64,000 bases of DNA from Octopus vulgaris (lineage: Eukaryota): positions 90,520,001 to 90,584,000 of the forward strand of contig OX597824.1 in assembly GCA_951406725.2 (NCBI GenBank). The letters run 5' to 3'. Below, piece by piece: positions 1-15,644 of this stretch. How positions within the stretch are numbered: the stretch's first letter is position 1; every line of letters begins with the position of its first letter. The notes beneath the pieces are model-generated. The model ran no database searches, was not told where the DNA came from, and worked only from the letters and a program-made list of their open reading frames with translations. Made by a program: the position numbers and the translations under genes.

Positions 1-1
1 C

Positions 2-106
2 CTTGCACTCGATTCGAAAGAACAACAGCATCGGCGAATCCAACTGTATCATCACCAGCATCATTAGCAGCGGTAGTAGCAGCAGCAGCAACTGCAGCAG
101 TGTCAT
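2..106 (-). CDS. Possible first coding exon with a signal-peptide-like N-terminus, running off the window edge (ambiguous)
   Basis: Minus strand from ATG 106-104 reads MTLLQLLLLLLPLLMMLVMIQLDSPMLLFFRIECK, with A at -3 and a possible acceptor ctag|G just upstream. The region is CAG/CTG low complexity, and a plus-strand donor CAG|GTAGGT at 123/124 is an alternative reading. Confidence 0.25.
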   Translation of the reverse strand, partial: MTLLQLLLLLLPLLMMLVMIQLDSPMLLFFRIECK

Positions 107-477
107 CCTAGTCGATAATACAGGTAGGTCATCGCTTATATATATGTACATATATATATATATATATATAGATATATATAGAGAGACATATATAGATATA
201 CATGTATAGATTAGTTTAACAGCAATGCACAAGCGTATGCATGTATGTAGATGGGTGTATACAGACACAATAAACACACGCATGGTGTACCACAAGAGTA
301 CGTGGGTAGTGTTTGGCAAGGGGACACGTCCGCATTCGCTCAACATTACTCACGTATTTGCATATGGTGAACAAAATAATAAATAAACAAATAATAATGA
401 GAATAATAATAATAGTAATAACAATTATGATGATAATATCAATTGTTTTGGTGCGTGACTATTGGACCACACCGTAC

Positions 478-736
478 GTATGTATGTATACATGTCTATG
501 TATGTATGTATGTATGTATGGATGGATGGATGTATGTATGTATGTATGTATGTATGTATGTATGTATGTATGTATGTATGTATGTATGTATGCATATATG
601 TATGTATGCATGTATGTATGTATGAATGTATGTTTGTATGTATGTATGTATGTATGTATGTATGTATCTATGTATGTATGTATGTATGTATGTATGTATG
701 TATGTATGTATGTATGTATGTATGTATGTATGTATG

Positions 737-770
<34 letters not shown>

Positions 771-960
771 TGTATGTATGTATCTATGCATATATGTATG
801 CATATATGTATGTATGTATGTATGCATGTATGTATGTATGTATGTATGTATGTAGGTAGGTATGTATGTATGTGTGTATGTATGTATGTATGTGTGTATG
901 TGTCTATATATGTATGTATACATGTCTATGTATGTATGTTTGTATGTATATATGTATGTA
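478..960. repeat. (TATG)n microsatellite
   Basis: Direct reading. Confidence 0.95.
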
Positions 961-1145
961 TATTCGTATGTTTGTATACATGCATACAAACATATCTATA
1001 AATACACACATACGTACATACATACATATGTATATATGTATATATGTATATATTTATATATTATATATATGTATATATATATACATACATATATGTGTGT
1101 GTGTGTGGGGGGGTATATAGATTGATAGGTATGCACACATACACA

Positions 1146-1197
<52 letters not shown>

Positions 1198-1596
1198 CTC
1201 TCTCTCTCTCTCTCCCTCTTTCTCACACACACATAGAAATAGAGAAATTCACATGCAGGTGCGCCGAGACGGCAACTGACTCACACTCAAGCTCCCAGAC
1301 GTTCACATTTGCCTGACAAGTTACACATACCACACAAGCACACGCCCTCGCTCGAGCCGTGCACTCACCCACGTCGATCACGTGCACACGCGTGCAGCCG
1401 GATTCACACACCTGACTCCAATCTGATGCACACACCGCCACAAAGAGTCATAAGTGACCGTAGAGCAGATACACGCAGCCATGCGCACACAGCACACACA
1501 CCGAATACAAGTATAGCGAAGAACACACGTTCACACACACACAGCTCCTCATCCATATATTTACATGTGTGTGTGTGTATGTGTGTGTTTACAAAG

Positions 1597-2645
<1,049 letters not shown>

Positions 2646-2847
2646 AAAAATATATATCGATGCACACACACACCCACACACATACACACACAGGGAAGTC
2701 ATAAAGAGTCAGTACTTAACTATTAGATCCCGTGCAGAAGGTATCCCAGCCTTGCACAAACATATAGTTTTCTAGGATATAGATCATAAAATGTGACACA
2801 CTGAAAAATATTGCGCATAGTCAAATATACATATATATACATTTGTG

Positions 2848-2878
<31 letters not shown>

Positions 2879-3182
2879 AAATGATAAATTTTATTGTAAT
2901 ATAATGCTATTATTTTCTAGCGAAAAGCACCGTAAAGGTACAATTATAATGAGTAAATGGTGGCACAACACGGTACCAATTAACACATCTTTGCCTCGAT
3001 ATATTCACTGAAATTTTACATAGCATCGTACGGTTATCGACTGCTATTTCCAGCAGAAATTGGTACCTTGCTGTGCAAATATTTCCAATATATATATATA
3101 TATTGAAATAGAAGGCAGTGTGCAATGTTTTACCAGGAACGAAAACTACAATATATACATATACATATACATACATACATGC

Positions 3183-3215
<33 letters not shown>

Positions 3216-3282
3216 TATATTTGTATATGTATATATATGTGTGTGTGTGTATGGGGAGATAAATATGTACATACTTGTAAAT

Positions 3283-3326
<44 letters not shown>

Positions 3327-3426
3327 ATATATGTATATGCACATATACTCATGTTCACAGATATTTAAACTGGGGAAAATTAATTTACCCACATTAAACG
3401 CACGCATAATGAACGGGTGTGTGTGC

Positions 3427-3467
<41 letters not shown>

Positions 3468-3538
3468 TGTGTGTGTGTGTGTACGTATCTGTGGGTATTC
3501 GTAAATACATACATCATGTTTTTAACTGAATGCATATA

Positions 3539-3570
<32 letters not shown>

Positions 3571-3591
3571 CAAGTACGTATGTATGTATGC

Positions 3592-3641
<50 letters not shown>

Positions 3642-3812
3642 GAGTGACTAGACGAACAAAAGAAGTGCACTCAACACATTTTTGGGGAGTTACATGTAGA
3701 GATCAAAACGGTAGGAGTCGTAATCAAACTGTTTTGATCTATATATATATTGTTCTATCTATCTCTCTATAAATATATATTCATATTCATATTTATATAC
3801 TTCTATATATAC

Positions 3813-3893
<81 letters not shown>

Positions 3894-4270
3894 CGCCTAA
3901 TAATAATACTTTAATTGTTCCACGCTGAGGGTCGTGCACATTAAAACCATAAATATGTATATGAAAATGTGTACGTATACACACACACACACACACACAA
4001 ACGTGCGAACACACGCATAAGTATATATATATATACATATATATACACATATGAATTTACATATATGTATATGTACATATATATATATGTATATATATAC
4101 ATATATATATATCTATATACATACGAATATACATATAAATATATATATATATACACACATATACACATATATACATATATACATACATACGCTAAGTAAA
4201 TATTCTAAATGACCCTAGATGTTCGGCCTGCCTTAGGTTTTGTCTTCATTTTCCCTTAAAATATAGAAAT

Positions 4271-4362
<92 letters not shown>

Positions 4363-4442
4363 TGTATGTATGTATGTATGTATGTATGTATGTATGTATG
4401 TATGTATGTATGTATGTATGTATGTATGTATGTATGTATGTA

Positions 4443-4668
4443 TAAGGAATCACGCACTATTCTTGCAGCGAAGGCAACGGAGATATGGATAGGCTAGCAG
4501 TAAACTTTGGAATACAGTGTTATAACAATTCCGAACTCGTCGTCATTGCACTGTTGTACAGATAGCACCTATTCCATCGAAAACAAGGAGCAGAAAATGG
4601 AATAGTTTGGGATTCAAAGGATCACTGATGATTAATAACTCCCTAAAAAAAACCTAAGAGATCTACAC
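4443..4668 (+). pseudogene. CR1/Jockey-group LINE ORF2 C-terminal remnant
   Basis: Frameshifted translation ([38 protein letters not shown]) parallels the LINE ORF at 39695-40129. Confidence 0.65.
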
Positions 4669-4715
4669 TAAATATGGGAAAAATCTTGTATACACGTATA
4701 TACAGGCAACATATG

Positions 4716-4767
<52 letters not shown>

Positions 4768-4863
4768 AATGTCTATGTATATATATACATATATATATAT
4801 ATATGTATGTATACATGTCTATGTATATATATATATATATATATATATGTTTGTATACATGTC

Positions 4864-4905
<42 letters not shown>

Positions 4906-4921
4906 TATATACATGTCTATG

Positions 4922-5467
<546 letters not shown>

Positions 5468-5812
5468 ATAGATATATTCATATGCATGTATATTCATATG
5501 TATATATATATATTTATGCATATATATGTGCATATATATTCTTGAATTCTCTCAATTTGCCCTGCACGCCTACATTCAACGAGCTAAAATAAGAATAGTT
5601 TTATTTTTCTGCGGTTTGGGACTTAACTCCCATTTCTAGTGTGTTGGAAAGCCACCTAGTGGCTTTTCCCGTCGTGTATAACTTTTTGTACACACATATA
5701 TCATATGTGTGTGTGCATATATATATATATATGAACGCACACACACACACATTAAGTGTATTACGACTGGCCTTGGTGGAGGCCCATAAAGTGTAAATAT
5801 ATATCGATATAC

Positions 5813-5852
<40 letters not shown>

Positions 5853-5929
5853 GATTAAATATTTGAGGTATGGTGCTTTATATAAAGTCAGTGAGTCGAA
5901 TTTAATGCTTGTTCTATAACCAATGTTTC

Positions 5930-5999
<70 letters not shown>

Positions 6000-6067
6000 G
6001 TAAACATACAAACATAAATGTGTGTGTGTGCGTGTATGTATGTATATATATATATATATATTTGTAC

Positions 6068-6174
6068 AAGGGGCATCAGTCAGTTTCCATCTCCCAAATC
6101 CACTCATAAGGCTTTGTTTGGCCCGAGGCCATAGTAGAAGATTTTTGCCCAAGGTGCCACGCAGTGAGACTGAA
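6068..6174 (-). mobile_element. SINE family A 5' fragment
   Basis: cagtttccatctcccaaatccactc...gcccaaggtgccacgcagtg matches the family-A 5' half. Confidence 0.8.
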
Positions 6175-6493
6175 TATATATATATATATATATAGATATG
6201 TAAATATATACACGAGGTTTTTGCGTAACTGCCAGCACAGAACGAGGTATAGAGGAGGGCAGCGGTCTGAAAACCCGTCGTACACCAAAAGGGTAACAAT
6301 CAGCGCTAAAAGCACGTACAGGGTGTAGTGATGTGGAACACCACCACCTTGAAGAAATCAGCCCAAAAAAAATCTTACCTAAAAGTGCAAAACCACACTG
6401 GCGCTCCAGCATGACCGCAGCCGCAGGGTTGAAATGAATAAAAAAAAGCGGAAATATGTATATACACACCTATATATATATACATGCATACAC

Positions 6494-6547
<54 letters not shown>

Positions 6548-6670
6548 ATATACTGATATGTATATACACATACACATATCCCATATGTGTATATGGGATA
6601 AGTTTATATATTTGAGTGTATATTATTTGCTTGCCTATACACACACACGAACACACACACACACATCTTC

Positions 6671-6945
6671 TTTTAGTCGAACAAAGCATAGTACTTATTC
6701 TATTGGTGTCTTTTCCCGACACCAACAACGGTAGTCAAGCCCAGACACACAAACATACACACCCATATATATATACACATATACGACGGGATTCTTTCAG
6801 TTTCCGTCTACCAAATCCACTCACAAGGCTTTGGTCGGCCCGAGGCTATAGTAAAAGACACTTGCTCAAGGTGCCACGAAGTGGACTGAACCCGGAACCA
6901 TGTGGTTAGTAAGTATGCTACTTACCACGCAGCCACTCCTGCGCC
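6671..6945 (-). mobile_element. SINE family A with internal deletions
   Basis: Head ...cagccactcctgcgcc ends at 6945; partial 3' half. Confidence 0.85.
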
Positions 6946-7040
<95 letters not shown>

Positions 7041-7395
7041 ATATATATATATATATATATATTGTCTTTCACTTGTTCCAACCAAGTGGCTGCGTTTATG
7101 CTGGGACACCACCGCTGTACGTGGCTTTGTCCCGTCTGTTGGCCCATTAGCTATTTGTGTAAATTCTGGTTGCATGGAATCTCAATTTTTCGCCCACAGG
7201 AAACTGTCCCTTCAAATCCTTAGCACACACACACACATAAAAAGATATATGTTCTTGTATATATACGTATATACTCAAGCATATGTTCATAAAAATACAT
7301 TCATACGAAAGTATAGATGTTTGCGCACATACACACGTACATACATACATACATACAAACAAGTATAAATATGTACGTATATATATGTATATGTA

Positions 7396-7438
<43 letters not shown>

Positions 7439-7475
7439 GTGTTTGCATATTTATACACACACACACTCACATATT

Positions 7476-7604
7476 GGTGTAGGAGTGGCTGTGTGGTAAG
7501 AAGCTTGCTTCCCAACCACATGGTTCCAGGTTCAGTCCCACTGTGAGTCACATTGAGCAAGTGTCTTCTACCACAGCCTCAGGTCGACCCAAGCCTTGTG
7601 AGTG
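7476..7604 (+). mobile_element. SINE family A 5' half
   Basis: ggtgtaggagtggctgtgtggtaag...ggttcagtccc (A/B-box-like). Confidence 0.85.
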
Positions 7605-8394
7605 TATATATATATATATATATATATTTATACACATATACATATGTACGTTTGTATGTATGTATGTATGTATGTGTGTATGTATGTATGTATGTATGTA
7701 TGTATGTATGTATGTATGTATGTATGTATGTGTGTATGTGTGTATGTGTGTATGTATGTATGTATGTGTGAATGTATTTGACCGAAACAAATAAAAAAAT
7801 AACAGAATAAAATAAAATTATATATACATATATATATATATATGTGTAATAATGATTTTTTTAATGAACGTATCTCTCTGGTTTACTCTGTGTGTGTGTG
7901 TGTGTGTGTGCGCGTGCCTGTGTGTGTATCCTTTTACCCATGTGTGTGCGTATATATATATATATATATATATATATGCATATACACACACATACAGACA
8001 TGAATACATTTTATAAACATCCCACATGTACATGTGTGTATAATGTCAATATATATTTGATATATATGCAAATGTATATACACGGATCATATATAGTATA
8101 TGTCTGTCTGTGTATGGGTGTGTATTTATGACTGGGTTTCATTTACTGTATGAAACACCTATATGCCATGTGTAATATAATCTGCTATATCGCATATATA
8201 ATATATCACATATATAATATAATATGCATATACATATTTAAATATATATATATATATGAAATGCATATTTATATAATATATATTATGTAACACACACATA
8301 TATTATATACTATATTATATAGATATGTATTATATATATATATAATATAATATGTATATATACATACATATATATATGTATATATATATCACAC

Positions 8395-8445
<51 letters not shown>

Positions 8446-8459
8446 CCTATATATATATG

Positions 8460-8575
<116 letters not shown>

Positions 8576-9024
8576 GATGTGATCTACCCGGAATAATATG
8601 CGGTAGAAATCTTCGTTCGGTGAAGCCGTGTAAAATTTACAGTTTCTTTCTCAATACATAGAAAATAGAATGAGATTTAGGCTGAGAGTTGTAGAATGAA
8701 ATTATTGAGAAAAATCTCCAAATAAAATATCCATGTATTGTAGCAGATTTGTAAATTTCTCAATTTTTAAAGCTAAAGGATTATAATTTTAAGGCGATTT
8801 TAGTAAATTTGTTTTCTTCTCTCTCCGATTGTACTTGGCTCTCTCTACCATTCCGCCTTCTCTCTATCCTTTATGAACGCAGTACGACAACGATGCGTGT
8901 GTGTGTGTATGTGTGTGTGTGTGTGTGTGTGTATGTGTGTATGTGTGTGTGTATGTGTGTGTGTGTGTTGGTCCTTGTGTGTGTATACATACATATATAC
9001 GTGTTTTCATGTATGTCTATGTAT

Positions 9025-9461
<437 letters not shown>

Positions 9462-9732
9462 CATTTATGTAGCATTGTACTTATTTAGTATATACATCTA
9501 CATTTAATATACATGCGTAATTCTTAAGGTATATATATGTACGCATACGAGCACACACATAACAAATAATAATGTGCATTTAATGACCACACTTGAGTCA
9601 CCAATTATATTTCTATACGTATTAGTTCTTGCGTCTGTATGCATGGGTCTATATATATATATACACATATATATGTATGTGTGTGTGTGCGTATACATAC
9701 ACACACACAGACACAGACACACACACAGATAT

Positions 9733-9763
<31 letters not shown>

Positions 9764-9878
9764 CATATATATATCTCTAGACGCACACACGCGCGCACAC
9801 ACATAAATACACATGTATGTATGACCGCTGTCTAATGACTGAAACAAGAGTATGAGACACCTCCCCCACACATATACA

Positions 9879-9928
<50 letters not shown>

Positions 9929-9931
9929 ATG

Positions 9932-10014
<83 letters not shown>

Positions 10015-10024
10015 ATGTATGTAT

Positions 10025-10235
10025 GTTTGTGTATCTGTCTTTGTCTCCCCGCCCACCATGGCTTGACAACCGACGTTGGTGTGTTTACATCTTCGCAACC
10101 TGGCGGTTCGGCAAAAGGGACCGATAGAGTAAGTATTAGGCTTACAAAGTCCTGGAGTCGATTTGTTCGACTGAAGGCGGTGCTCCAGCACGGCCGTTGT
10201 CAAAATGACTGAAACAAATAGAAGAATAAAAGAAA
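10025..10235 (+). mobile_element. SINE family A 3' half
   Basis: gcttgacaaccgacgttggtgtgtttac...ggcggtgctccagca...tgactgaaacaa. Confidence 0.85.
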
Positions 10236-10264
10236 AAAAAGAACAGCCCCAAGGGGTCTGATCC

Positions 10265-10405
10265 TAAGAAATGAGGTAAAGGAGTGAATTCCCGACGGGA
10301 AAAGGTAGAGAGGATCAAGAAAATCCAGGACAGCGGAAACTTCGTTGCTACGGGCCGCAAGTTTGGCCTCAATGACTCTTCCATTCGTTCCATCCATAAA
10401 ATGCA
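10265..10405 (+). pseudogene. Tigger/pogo transposase N-terminal (CENP-B/psq-type HTH) remnant
   Basis: REKVERIKKIQDSGNFVATGRKFGLNDSSIRSIHK resembles the Tigger EKV...GR.YG.NEST.R.I.K motif. Confidence 0.6.
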
Positions 10406-10879
10406 TGCAGATGATTCATTTATCACGGTATATTGCTATTTGGAACCAAGCCTCCGTGATAAACGAGTCTAGATATACTGGATTGTTTCACTGTGCATTG
10501 AAAACGCACGACCGTAGGGTTGTTAGGTTTATCCCTTTAAGGTTGTCTGAGAATTTTTAGCCGGGGCAGTACGTTGTATCCTTGGGCAAGACACTTCATT
10601 TCACATTCCGCCAGTCCACCCCGCCGCGTACTGGTGCCGCTCTATTTCCGTCTATCTGTCATACTCTGCATGTGTTGTTTAGTCGACATGACTGCGAGTG
10701 TCTTAATGTCTGCTCTCCTCATCCTAATCTCCTAAAACAATAAACGAAAGTATGGCAAATGACGCGCCTTCGCTAATTACTTCAGATGTAAAATGACGGC
10801 TGGCTGTACTTTATCTAATGTGACCTTTCTTTAAAAGACTGCGAAGAGTTTTTCAATTCGTATCTCTCTCTCCTCTCCC

Positions 10880-10967
<88 letters not shown>

Positions 10968-10988
10968 ATTATTATTATTATTATTATT

Positions 10989-11174
10989 GTCATCTTTTTT
11001 TCTTCTTCTTTCAAATTTGCTTCCATTTCTTGCCGAGTGTCTTCCCGACTCCTAGGGCAAAGAAACTCATAGTATACATTGGTAGGCCATTAAACTAAAC
11101 TCACTAGTTGAATTAAAATACATGGGTAGTAATAGTTCTCACATCGACAATGCTCTTCTCAATACGTGTGATAT
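10989..11174 (-). mobile_element. R4/Dong-type non-LTR retrotransposon 3' end in (TAA)n
   Basis: Minus strand reads ISHVLRRALSM* (11174-11139), then a 3' UTR with ccctaggagtcgggaagacactcgg, then (TAA)n. Confidence 0.65.
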
Positions 11175-11184
11175 ATTATTATTA

Positions 11185-11281
<97 letters not shown>

Positions 11282-11297
11282 CTTATTATTATTATTC

Positions 11298-11455
11298 TAT
11301 GTTTGACTTTTGCTTTATATTTGTACAAGTTGGCTCCAAGTCTCACCCGGAGACCTCAAGAGACAACAGGTTGGAAGTTCGTGTTGTTCTTATGCCTAGT
11401 GTGCCATATATTTGGTTTTGTATTTTAGTGTTGTACAAGTGAATGTCTAAAAAAA

Positions 11456-11456
<1 letters not shown>
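11298..11456 (-). mobile_element. Probable 3' UTR of a second Dong-like element in (TAA)n
   Basis: ctcttgaggtctccgggtgagacttgga parallels the UTR motif of the neighbouring element; same orientation; (TAA)n on both sides. Confidence 0.45.
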
Positions 11457-11498
<42 letters not shown>

Positions 11499-11539
11499 GA
11501 GTAAGAAAGCAGTTATTATTATTATTATTATTATTGTTA

Positions 11540-11735
11540 CGGCGGCGAACTGGCAGAATCGTTAGCGCGCTGGACGAAATGTTGAGCAGTATTGCATCCG
11601 TCGGTCTGAGTTCAAATTCCTCTGTGGTCGATTTTCCTCTCATCCTTTCGGGGTCGATTAAATAAATACCAGTTACGCACTGGGTCGATGTAATCGACTC
11701 AACCCCTTCCCACCAAATTTGAGGCCTTGTACTTC
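11540..11735 (+). mobile_element. SINE family C, diverged
   Basis: ggcggcgaactggcagaatcgttagc...gagttcaaattcc...catcctttcggggtcgat...accagtt. Confidence 0.8.
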
Positions 11736-11736
11736 A

Positions 11737-12092
11737 GGTTGAGTAGCCTATCCCGCTCAAACGGTCCCTGAATAAGGGTTGTTTAAGGATGTTGAAAAAA
11801 CCACCTATGTTTCCAGAGGTGAATTACTCAAACTCCATAGTATTCCTCTCAACACATGGCTATGATGCTCCACCACTACTTTCGCTCGTGATCAGAGATG
11901 CACATACCGTCAGCCACTAAGGGACATGCTCAACTGGTTAAGGTCAGACAACTGACAAGCAAATCTGTGGTATTGAGCAGAATATTTGCTGTAGCCCATC
12001 TTTTATACCAAGACAAAACAATGTACATGATAACACTTCCAATCAGTTAAGATCAGAAGCCATGAGAGCCACTGCCTGGTACTGCATCAGGG

Positions 12093-12093
<1 letters not shown>
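11737..12093 (-). mobile_element. Non-coding repeat family D, associated with (TAA)n
   Basis: 11737-11905 is the diverged reverse complement of 22808-22975. Both copies abut (TAA)n on the same relative strand. Confidence 0.75.
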
Positions 12094-12164
<71 letters not shown>

Positions 12165-12167
12165 CAC

Positions 12168-12254
<87 letters not shown>

Positions 12255-12597
12255 CATTATTTGATTTCATGACGCGGAAGATCAAACAAAAATTTCTGAT
12301 GTACTTCGCGTGGAAAATGTTTAGAAAACACGTTTTAGCGATAAAAGTTTTGGGAAAAGAAAAGAAAAAAGCAAATTATTGCTATTCGTATTCGTTTATA
12401 ACAAAATTATGAGAAAAACAAGTTTTTTCAAGACGTTCATCATTATATTTTAAAATATTCCGCTGCTCACCCTGATATCTCTTGAGGCACACACATGCAG
12501 TGTCGTGCACTCTTTAAGAACCACTGCCGTGGGGTGGGATTTGGTTACCATTTCTAGTGGTGTATATAATTGAGAGAACAACGGGTAGAGTATTTGT

Positions 12598-12634
<37 letters not shown>

Positions 12635-12635
<1 letters not shown>

Positions 12636-12798
12636 GCGTAGGAGTGGCTGTGTGGTAAGTAGTTTGCTTATCAACCACATGGTTCCAGGTTCAGTCCCAT
12701 TGCACGGCACTTTGAGCAAGTGTCTTCTACTATAGCCTCGGGCTGACCAAAGCTTTGTGAGTGGATTTTGTAGACGAAAACTAAAAGAAGCTCGTCGT

Positions 12799-12877
<79 letters not shown>

Positions 12878-13101
12878 CATATATATATATGTGTGTGTGT
12901 GTGTGTTTGTGTGTCTGTGTTTGTCCCCGCACCATCACCGCTTGGTGTGCTTACGTCCACGTAACTTAGCGGTTCGACAAAAGAGACGATAGGGTATGTA
13001 CTAAACTTAGAAATACTAAGTCCTGGGGTCGATTTGCTCAACTAAAGTCGGTGCTCCAGCACGGCCGCAGCCAAGTGACTGAAACAAATAAAAGAATAAA
13101 A
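12635..13101 (+). mobile_element. SINE family A, full length
   Basis: tRNA-like head (tggctgtgtgg; ggttcagtccc), CORE-like ctttgagcaagtg, internal (TA)n(TG)n, tail ...gactgaaacaaataaaagaataaa. Confidence 0.9.
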
Positions 13102-13115
13102 CAATATATATATAT

Positions 13116-13161
<46 letters not shown>

Positions 13162-13733
13162 AGATAGAAAGAGAGAGATGTGTGTTAAAGAGAGAGAGTG
13201 GGAATTATAACGTAATCTTTGTTCACACTGGTTTGAGCTGACCTATGGTCAAAGACAATCCAGTCGTGTCCATCCTGTTGTGAACTATTATGGATTGTTT
13301 CCTCTTCAAAGATAGTGGAATTTGATTTAAGTGAAATTAGACTGCTACATCTAGCAGATCGCAGGATGAAATAGAAGTTGTCTATATATATACAACAGGG
13401 GCATGGAAAACGTGTGTGGTCTAGTATCTAAGTTCGATTTCTAGTCCAGAGATCGAAATGTACGTCTCTCCACTCCACACAACTGCCGAAAATAAGTATG
13501 AAGACTGATAACGTACCCGATGTATAATGCTTGTTTCTCTAATCTCACACGCCAAGAAAATCATGGAAAGAAATTGTGAGGAGGAAGCTGAGACCGTTTC
13601 CAAAAGATAATGATTTGCTCTCTGATACCCAGCATGGCTTCCGCTCGGGTAGAAGTTAACTTTCACAGCTTCTACAGTAATATGATTGAATGTTAAAGCA
13701 AATAATGAATTGCTCAAACGTTGATGTGAAATA

Positions 13734-14179
13734 CTCTTTATTCTCTTTTACTCTTTTACTTGTTTCAGTCATTTGAATGTGGCCATGCTGGAGCACCGCC
13801 TTTAGTCGAGCAAATCGACCCCAGGACTTATTCTTTGTAAGCCTAGTACTTATTCTATCGGTCTCTTTTGCCGAACTGCAAATTACGGGGACGTAAACAC
13901 ACCAGCATCGGTTGTCAAGCGATGTTGAGGGGGACGAACACAGACACACAAACATATACACACACACACACACACACAGACACATATGTATATATATATA
14001 TATATATACATATATACGACGGGTTTCTTTCAGTTTCCGTCTACCAAATCCACTCACAAAGCTTTGGTTGGTTCCAGGCTATAGTAGAAGACACTTGCCC
14101 ACGGTGCCACGCAGTGGGACTGAACCCGGAACCATGTGGCTGGTAAGCAAGCTACTTACCACACAGCCACTCCTACGCC
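13734..14179 (-). mobile_element. SINE family A, full length, inserted in the LINE RT
   Basis: Reverse complement of the 12635-13101 type; interrupts the VDV.Y / DFAKxFDK motif. Confidence 0.92.
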
Positions 14180-14847
14180 TATTACAATTTTGCAAAAGTC
14201 TTTGATAAAAATCGATCGCAACCTACGAAGACTCGGCGTAGTTGGAAAGCTGGATGAATGATTATATAACTGCAGTGGCAGCCCATGAACCCGGAATCAT
14301 GCGGTTGTATAGCAAGCTTCTTGCCACGCAGCCACCCCTGCGCCTATATTTTCCTTCGCACTGGTCCCATGTTAATAAGTACGAATATGCAAACCAGTTC
14401 GTAAATCCAGGGATATATTTATAATGATTGGAGTGCCGCAGGGGGCTGTTTTGGGACCGCTGCGGTTTATAGTGGCTCTCCCGGACATGCCATAATCCAC
14501 TAGGCAACCACTCTTACTAGCTATGCTTATCATAGAAAAGTAGCACAACCAATCAAGTATCTTCTCGATGTTAATCTTCTACAGAAAGGTATAGATGCCA
14601 TTTATAAATGGTCTAAAAAAAAAGAGAAAACAACAAGCGATTTAATGCAAGAAAATTCCAAGTTTATCGCTATCAGCACGCAGGTGCTAACACGCTATCA
14701 CAAAGATAGTTTTGGACCAAAAGGAGCGGCAATCCCAGAATCAAACGCAGTGCACGACCTGGGGATAGATATGAGCAACGATACTTTGTTTCTTGCTCAT
14801 ATCACCAAGATGGTGGCAATGTTCCGGTAAATGGCAGGATGGATTCT

Positions 14848-15153
14848 TTTGTATGTTCTTTCTCGAGCCTTGCCTGGCTCATAAGGGCCGGTCTCCCGGT
14901 TTCTTTGGCGTATAGGTTCCCCACCTGGATGGGACGCTGGTCCGTCGCAGGTGAACTGCAATATGCAGGAGGAAAGAGTGAGAGAAAGTTGTGGTGAAAG
15001 AGTCAGCAGAAGTTCACCATTACCTTCTGCCGGAGCCGCGTGGAATTTAGGTGTTTCGCTCATAAACACACACATCGCCCGGTCTGAGATTCGAACCCAC
15101 GGTCCCTCGGCCGCGAGTCCGCTGCTCTAACCACTAGGCCATGTGCCTCCACA
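14848..15153 (-). mobile_element. tRNA-derived SINE family E with a 13-bp TSD
   Basis: A box TGGCCTAGTGG and B box GGTTCGAATC. Flanks are caggatggattct (14835-14847) and cagaatggattct (15154-15166). Confidence 0.9.
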
Positions 15154-15644
15154 CAGAATGGATTCTGAAAACTTACAATGGAAGAAACCAGGAAACTTTG
15201 CTTGTCCTATAGAGGACATTTGTACTCAACCGTCTGAACAACTGCTTTGAACTATGGTTACCCCAAAGCGTCAAATTAATAGCGGAACTCGAGGTAGTTC
15301 AGCGGTGCTACGTCAAGAAGTTTGCCTCGATGGGACAGCTGAGCTACAAAGAGAGAGTGAAAGAGTTATGATTCTCGTCACTGGAGCGGAGACGAGGGAC
15401 ATGCGGTGATATAAACATGGAAGATCTTAGAAGGCTGGCAGTAAACTTAGGCATCGAAAGTTATACCAGCTCCCGAAGAGGACGACACAGAACTGTTCTA
15501 AAAGTACTACCCATCCTGTCCAGAATAAAGATCTGGTATTGTAATAGCTTGGGATTCAAAGACTCACAGTTATTAAATATCTTGTAAAAATAACAAAAAA
15601 GCTGAGAGATCTATATGGAGTGGAGGTAGAATGTTTTCAAGAAA

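Larger units (their letters stand above)
13500..15642 (+). pseudogene. Decayed CR1/Jockey-group LINE reverse transcriptase, split by SINE insertions
   Basis: Motifs appear in order: QHGFRSGRS, NVDVKY, [SINE], NFAKVFDK, GVPQGAVLGP, SYAYH (degenerate YADD), HDLGIDMS, MAGWIL, [SINE], SLERRR, CNSLGFK. Many stops. Confidence 0.85.

Noticed and set aside
8632-8728. Minus-strand UUGGAGA, 10-bp stem, GAAACUGUA motif
   Set aside because: The core is broken and the context is very AT-rich; possibly a dead hammerhead but unsupported.
15075-15153. tRNA gene on the minus strand
   Set aside because: A and B boxes are present, but the acceptor stem is incomplete and the sequence continues into a SINE body bounded by a TSD.
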